Positions 56,755 to 64,000 of a stretch of DNA of 64,000 bases are shown here, piece by piece. A program made the translations under genes and the position numbers. Source of the DNA: Eledone cirrhosa (taxonomy: Eukaryota). The notes under the pieces were generated by a model. That model was not told the origin of the DNA. It did not search any database and worked only from the letters and a program-made list of their open reading frames with translations. Each line of letters opens with the position of its first letter. Within the stretch, counting starts at the first letter, position 1. The stretch spans positions 7,502,001 through 7,566,000 of the forward strand of contig OZ024766.1 in assembly GCA_964016885.1 (NCBI GenBank). The letters are read 5' to 3'.

Positions 56755-56814
56755 CAGCTGAGCTCTAGCTGTTGTCACAGATCTGCATTCTGGAATCTTC
56801 ATCAAACTCAGTTG
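56755..56814 (-). ncRNA. Degenerate hammerhead relic
   Basis: CAACUGAGU-uUGAUGA-AGAU...AUCU-gu-GAcAA-CAGCUa-gA-GCUCAGCUG. Stems I and II are recognisable but the core is mutated. Confidence 0.4.
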
Positions 56815-56960
56815 TTGAAGAGCTCAGTCTTAGCGCGTGACAAGAGGAAATATCAGTTCTTGACAGCTAGAAGCATAAACACGACCATGTATCTATGTGT
56901 GTGTATATACATATATATACATATAATATAAGATCAAAAGATGGTTAAAAGAGTTCCATG

Positions 56961-57031
56961 TATTTTATTATGCGCATTTCAAAAACAAACATCATCATGC
57001 AATAATATTTGTGTTTTCATCAGATAAAACA
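56961..57031 (-). ncRNA. Minimal type I hammerhead ribozyme (PLE type)
   Basis: Minus strand reads UGUUUUAU-CUGAUGA-AAAcACAAAUAUUA...UGAUGUUUGUuUUU-GAAA-UGCGCA-UA-AUAAAAUA. Intact core, perfect palindrome UGCGCA, and essentially the same stem I as 50211-50277. Confidence 0.85.
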
Positions 57032-57132
57032 GGAGAACATGATATGAAGGCTAAAAAACACTTGTGGATAGTGCAGTTTTAAATCAACATATATATATGT
57101 ATATATCATCATTTCATTTCATCATCATTTCA

Positions 57133-57553
57133 TTTTACGTCCACTTTTCCCTGCTTGCAAGGGTGGGACGGGAACTGATTCTGGCTTGATTTCTACAGCT
57201 GGATGCCCTTCCTAACACCAACCTCATTTACAGTGAGTGCTGGGTGCTTTTTTGCCATGGCACCCCCACGACCACTTTACAGTGAGTGCTGGGTGCTTTT
57301 TTGCCGTGGCACCTCCTCGACCACTTTACAGTGAGTGCTGGGTGCTTTTTTGCCGTGGCACCTCCACGACCACTTTACAGTGGAATGATAGGGACCCCAG
57401 TCCCTATCATCTCATTTCTACAGCTGAGTAAACTGGAGCAATGTGAAATAAAGTGTCTTGCTCAAGGAAACAACACATCACCCGGTCTGAGAATTGAACT
57501 CACAACCTTTCGATTGCAAGGCCAATGCTCCAACCACTAAGCCATGTGCCTCC
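57133..57553 (-). mobile_element. SINE family A, full length, 3 internal units
   Basis: Reverse complement of the 48973-49881 architecture, from GGAGGCACATGGCTTAGTGG to GGACGTAAAA. Confidence 0.88.
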
Positions 57554-57554
57554 A

Positions 57555-58110
57555 TTATATACATATATATATATATACATATATATATATGTATATATAT
57601 ATGTATATATATATACATATATGTATATATATATATATATAGACACATATATATATATACATATATGTATATATATATATATATATAGACACATATATAT
57701 ATATACATATATGTATATATATATATGTGTCTATATATATATATATATACATATATGTATATACATATATGTATGTATATATATATATATACATATATGT
57801 ATATATATATATGTATGTATATATATATATATACATATATGTATATATATATATGTGTCTATATATATATATATATACATATATGTATATATATATGTGT
57901 GTCTATATATATATATATATACATATATGTATATATATATATGTGTGTCTATATATATATATATATACATATATGTATATATATATATGTGTCTATATAT
58001 ATATATATATACATATGTCTATATATATATATATATACATATATGTATATATATATACATATATATATATACATATATATATATATACATATATATATAT
58101 ACATATATAC

Positions 58111-58186
<76 letters not shown>
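57555..58186. repeat. (TA)n-based microsatellite
   Basis: Direct reading. Confidence 0.95.
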
Positions 58187-58189
<3 letters not shown>

Positions 58190-58298
58190 CTGTTCAACTA
58201 CATCTGTCATGAACTGAAGGTGAAATATATTTTTCTGCAGTTTTCTGCCTTTCCAACGAATGTGACCTTCAAAACAGTTGGACATATTTCTAGCTTAA

Positions 58299-58475
58299 TC
58301 TCTGTCTGTCTGTCTGTCTGCCTGTCTCTCTCTGTCTGTCTCTTTTGTCTGTCTGTCTGTCTGTCTCTCTGTCTCTCTGTCTGTCTCTTTTGTCTGTCTG
58401 TCTCTCTGTCTGTCTGTCTCTCTGTTTGTCTCTTTTGTCTCTCTGTCTGTCTCTTTTGTCTGTCTGTCTGTCTCT

Positions 58476-58510
<35 letters not shown>

Positions 58511-58663
58511 GTCTCTCTGTCTGTCTCTTTTGTCTGTCTGTCTCTCTGTCTGTCTGTCTCTCTGTTTGTCTCTTTTGTCTCTCTGTCTGTCTCTTTTGTC
58601 TGTCTGTCTGTCTCTTTTGTCTGTCTGTCTGTCTCTCTGTCTGTCTGTCTCTCTGCCTGTCTC

Positions 58664-58698
<35 letters not shown>

Positions 58699-59100
58699 GT
58701 CTCTCTGTCTGTCTCTTTTGTCTGTCTGTCTCTCTGTCTGTCTGTCTCTCTGTTTGTCTCTTTTGTCTCTCTGTCTGTCTCTCTGTCTGTCTGTCTCTCT
58801 GTCTGTCTGTCTCTCTGTTTGTCTCTTTTGTCTCTCTGTCTGTCTCTTTTGTCTCTCTGTCTGTCTCTTTTGTCTGTCTGTCTGTCTCTCTGTCTGTCTG
58901 TCTCTCTGTTTGTCTCTTTTGTCTCTCTGTCTGTCTCTTTTGTCTGTCTGTCTGTCTCTCTGTCTGTCTGTCTCTCTGTCTGTCTCTTTTGTCTCTCTGT
59001 CTGTCTCTCTGTCTCTCTGTCTGTCTCTCTGTCTGTCTGTCTCTCTGCCTGTCTCTCTGTCTGTCTGTCTGTCTGTCTGTCTGCCTGTCTGTCTGTCTGT
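58299..59100. repeat. (TCTG)/(TC) compound microsatellite
   Basis: Direct reading. Confidence 0.95.
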
Positions 59101-59199
59101 ACACAATTCTTATGTAACCCCCTCCCCCGCCATCACGTCTTGTAATGCCCCTGTGGCAAATAAAGAAACATACCTATCTGTCTACCCACTTAACAATAT

Positions 59200-60448
<1,249 letters not shown>

Positions 60449-60654
60449 GACCCTACACAAGTATAACACCATCACCACCATCACCACCACTACCCCCCGC
60501 CCCCCTCAGCAGGTCAAAATCTATGTTGTAACTTTGTTGTGATGGCCAAAAAATCTGTTACTGAGAGGAAATAACAGCATTTACTGACTTTTTCAGGATG
60601 TTACAACAACAACAACAACAACAAGAACAACTATTACTACTATAGTAACAACAG

Positions 60655-60695
<41 letters not shown>

Positions 60696-60744
60696 CATCA
60701 TCATCTTCGTTTAACGTCCATTTTCCATGCAAGCATGGGTTATG

Positions 60745-60828
60745 TGTATATATATATATATATATACATAAATAAATGTCTTTATATATAGATATATATA
60801 TATAGAGAGACATTTATATATGTATGTC

Positions 60829-60868
<40 letters not shown>

Positions 60869-60948
60869 TATACATAAATAAATGTCTTTATATATAGATA
60901 TATATATATATAGAGAGACATTTATATATGTATATATATATATATATG

Positions 60949-61035
<87 letters not shown>

Positions 61036-61036
61036 G

Positions 61037-61086
<50 letters not shown>
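60745..61086. repeat. (TA)n-based microsatellite
   Basis: Direct reading. Confidence 0.9.
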
Positions 61087-61089
<3 letters not shown>

Positions 61090-61166
61090 CCCTGATGTCT
61101 CCCAAAAGTAACGGTTGCATTTTGAAAGGGTATGTCAATATTTATTTATAAAACTGGTATATATTG

Positions 61167-61231
61167 TATTTTGCCTGATGAAGGCATACCATAATTTAAC
61201 ATGGTATCCTTGAAATATGTATAATGAAATA
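61167..61231 (+). ncRNA. Minimal type I hammerhead ribozyme with weakened stem I
   Basis: UAUUUUGC-CUGAUGA-AGGcAUACCAU...AUGGUAUcCUU-GAAA-UAUGUA-UA-AUGAAAUA. The flanks (AGGGTATGTCA upstream, TTTGTTAATAT downstream) are shared with the 50211 copy. Confidence 0.75.
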
Positions 61232-61387
61232 GATATGGTGTTATAAATATAGTTTCCATTTGTTAATATCGTATATATATATATATATATATAGACATAT
61301 ATATCTATATATATATTTATATATATATATATGAGTTTCAGAAGATCCCATTAAGTGTGAAAGCAGCGATTATTTGCTTAAACTTTA

Positions 61388-61434
<47 letters not shown>

Positions 61435-61462
61435 GACATTTATATATGTATGTATATATATA

Positions 61463-61604
61463 TCATCATCATCGTTTAACGTCTATCTTCCACGCTTGCA
61501 TGGGTTTGGACGGGAATTTGTCCCACTTGAGGCAAGATAGGTTGTCTTGCTCGTATAGGACTGTCTGGCAGGTTTTCTACGGCTGGATGCCCTTCCTAAC
61601 ACCA
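61463..61604 (-). mobile_element. 3' part of a SINE-A-related element
   Basis: (CAT)n-CGTTTAACGTC...GCATGGGTT...TTTCTACGGCTGGATGCCCTTCCTAACACCAA. Shorter tail-only copies occur at about 50336-50383 and 60695-60741. Confidence 0.65.
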
Positions 61605-61730
61605 ATATATAGATATATATAGACATACATATATAAATGTCTATATATATATATATATATACATACAAAGACATTTATTTATGTATATATATAGCTATAT
61701 ATAAAGACGTTTATTTATCATCATCATCAA

Positions 61731-62113
61731 TTTACGTCTGCTTTTCCCTGCTTGCAAGGGTGGGATAGGAACTGATTCTGGATTGATTTCTACAGCTGGA
61801 TGCCCTTCCTAACACCAACCTCATTTTACAGTGAGTGCTGGGTGCTTTTTTGCCATGGCACCTCCACGTCCACTTTGCAGTGGAATGATGTGGACCCCAG
61901 TCCCTATCATCTCATTTCTACAGCTGAGTAAACTGGAGCAATGTGAAATAAAGTCTCTTGCTCAAGGAAACAACACATCACCCGGTCTGAGAATTGAACT
62001 CACAACCCTTCCGATTGCAGGGCCAACAACACACACATCACCCAGTCTGAGAATTGAACTCACAACCTTTCGATTGCAGGGCCAATGCTCTAACCACTAA
62101 GCCATGTGCCTCC
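61731..62113 (-). mobile_element. SINE family A, full length, one internal unit, duplicated B-box segment
   Basis: Same architecture. ACACATCACCC.GTCTGAGAATTGAACTCACAACC occurs twice, 60 bp apart. Confidence 0.85.
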
Positions 62114-62116
62114 ATG

Positions 62117-62163
<47 letters not shown>

Positions 62164-62225
62164 AAAACAAGATGGCGTAGGACAGAACAAAGGAGAGGCA
62201 CAAAAACAAAGAAAAGAATTCCCCA

Positions 62226-62268
62226 GTCACTGAAGAGGTCACAGAATGTGTGACGAAAGAACTTTGAC
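62226..62268 (+). ncRNA. Degenerate minimal hammerhead
   Basis: GUCA-CUGAAGA-g-GUCAC...GUGAC-GAAA-GAAC-UU-UGAC. The core and stems I and II are present, but stem III is too short. Confidence 0.45.
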
Positions 62269-62449
62269 AATATATAAACAACAATCTGGTTGTGGAACCA
62301 ACGAACCAACCAGAAATTTATATATTCCTAAATTTATAAATTTATTATAATAAATTGAAGTGAAAGCAACTGGTGCGTGTGTTTCTTATTGGCAACATGA
62401 CCCTCCCAAAGTATAACAATATATATACACACACACATACATACACACA

Positions 62450-62506
<57 letters not shown>

Positions 62507-62630
62507 CAGATTTTTGTAGCTTGCTGGAAGCATTGTTTAATAGGAAACACAAATTTAAATTTTGAAGACCGACACAATGTGTCATGAAGAACGTATTAAA
62601 TTGCCAAGATAATAAATGAATCTAACCTTA

Positions 62631-63083
62631 GCAAATTTAACAACCCCAAATATTTTCAGGTTTAAAAACTCATTATCCCTATGAGAAACTTATAATTGTT
62701 TCTATTTTAGGCACAAGGCCAGCAATTACCCAGTGCATTACTGGTACTTTATTTTATCGACCCCGTGATCAGATAGACTTGCCAAATTTAACAACCCCAA
62801 ATATTTTCAGGTTTAAAAACTCATTATCCCTATGAGAAACTTATAATTGTTTCTATTTTAGGCACAAGGCCAGCAATTACCCAGTGCATTACTGGTACTT
62901 TATTTTATCGACCCCGTGATCAGATAGACTTGCCAAATTTAACAACCCCAAATATTTTCAGGTTTAAAAACTCATTATCCCTATGAGAAACTTATAATTG
63001 TTTCTATTTTAGGCACAAGGCCAGCAATTACCCAGTGCATTACTGGTACTTTATTTTATCGACCCCGTGATCAGATAGACTTG
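62631..63083. repeat. 151-bp tandem triplication containing a SINE-B 3' fragment, inside a fold-back pair
   Basis: CAACCCCAAATATTTTC recurs at 62641, 62792 and 62943. 62614-62678 is inverted at about 63198-63262. Confidence 0.85.
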
Positions 63084-63274
63084 CTTGCATGGGAGCAGAA
63101 ATTTTAACATCTTTTCATTTCATTTCACTTAAATCTGCTTTCCTAACAAGCAAGGCTTTTCGATTGATTTTGAAGTCTCCCATAGGGTTGCTCCCTTGAT
63201 AATGGGTTTTTAAACTTGAAAATATTTGGGATTGTTAAATTTGCTAAGGTTAGATTCATTTGTTATATATATAA

Positions 63275-63637
63275 TTGTTTTTATGTGAGGCACAAGGCCA
63301 ACAATTACCCAGTACATTACTGGTACTTTATTTTATCGACCCCGTAAGGATGAAAGGCAAAGTTAACCTCGGCGGGATTTGAACTCAACACTCATTATAT
63401 ATATATAATTGTTTCTACTTTAGGCACAAGGCCAGCAATTACCCAGTGCATTACTGGTACTTTATTTTATCGACCCCGTAAGGATGAAAGGCAAAGTTAA
63501 CCTCGGCGGGATTTGAACTCAACACTCATTATATATATATAATTGTTTCTACTTTAGGCACAAGGCCAGCAATTACCCAGTGCATTACTGGTACTTTATT
63601 TTATCGACCCCGTAAGGATGAAAGGCAAAGTCAACCT
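63275..63637 (-). mobile_element. Three tandem SINE-B copies (third truncated)
   Basis: GGCACAAGGCCA...GATGAAAGGCAAAG repeated with a period of about 134 bp. Confidence 0.8.
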
Positions 63638-63647
63638 TTATATATAA

Positions 63648-63925
63648 TGATGTGCTGTTTCCTTGAGCAAGACACTTTATTTCACATTGCTCCAGTTTAC
63701 TCAGCTGTAGAAATGAGATGATAGGGACTGGGGTCCCTATCATTCCACTACAAAGTGGTCGTGTAGGTGCCACGGCAAAAAAAAAAAAAGCACCCAGCAC
63801 TCACTGTAAATGAGGTTGGTGTTAGGAAGGGCATCCAGCTGTAGAAATCAAGCCAGAATCAGTTCCCGTCCCACCCTTGCAAGCAGGGAAAAGCAGACGT
63901 ATGATGATGATGATGATGATGATGA
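63648..63925 (+). mobile_element. 5'-truncated SINE family A with one internal unit and a (GAT)n tail
   Basis: CCTTGAGCAAGACACT...GTGGTCGTGTAGGTGCCACGGC...AGGAAGGGCATCCAGC...GACGTATGATGATG. Confidence 0.85.
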
Positions 63926-64000
63926 TATAACAGAAATTAGTTGTCAGCAGAACTAGAGTGCCTATGTGGAATAAAGTCTTTTTCAAGGACACAGCACACC

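Noticed and set aside
60538-60590. C/D-box snoRNA (GTGATGG...CTGA)
   Set aside because: The C box is imperfect, there is no terminal stem and no recognisable guide sequence.

Overview
AT- and microsatellite-rich animal genomic DNA. The tRNA-SINE families and (TA)n density suggest an octopus-like cephalopod, which is an inference. The only real gene is HMG-CoA synthase (HMGCS1-like) on the minus strand. Five coding exons (47418-47961, 41133-41258, 8215-8379, 2382-2535, 750-920; 1,160 bp) splice in frame with canonical GT/AG sites, and the gene continues off the left edge. Every intron is filled by a tandem repeat: 25-bp, 31-bp (about 31 kb), SINE-derived 48-bp and LINE-derived ~79-bp units. 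The region upstream of the gene (48-64 kb) is a patchwork of SINEs, LINE fragments, MITEs and microsatellites. The most notable hidden signal there is a cluster of type I hammerhead ribozymes of the Penelope/retrozyme type: five with intact cores and two degenerate. One lies in a direct-plus-inverted repeat element just upstream of the first HMGCS coding exon. A family of fold-back palindromes looks like hammerhead 3' halves copied back on themselves. Nearly all long ORFs in the supplied track are repeat artefacts.
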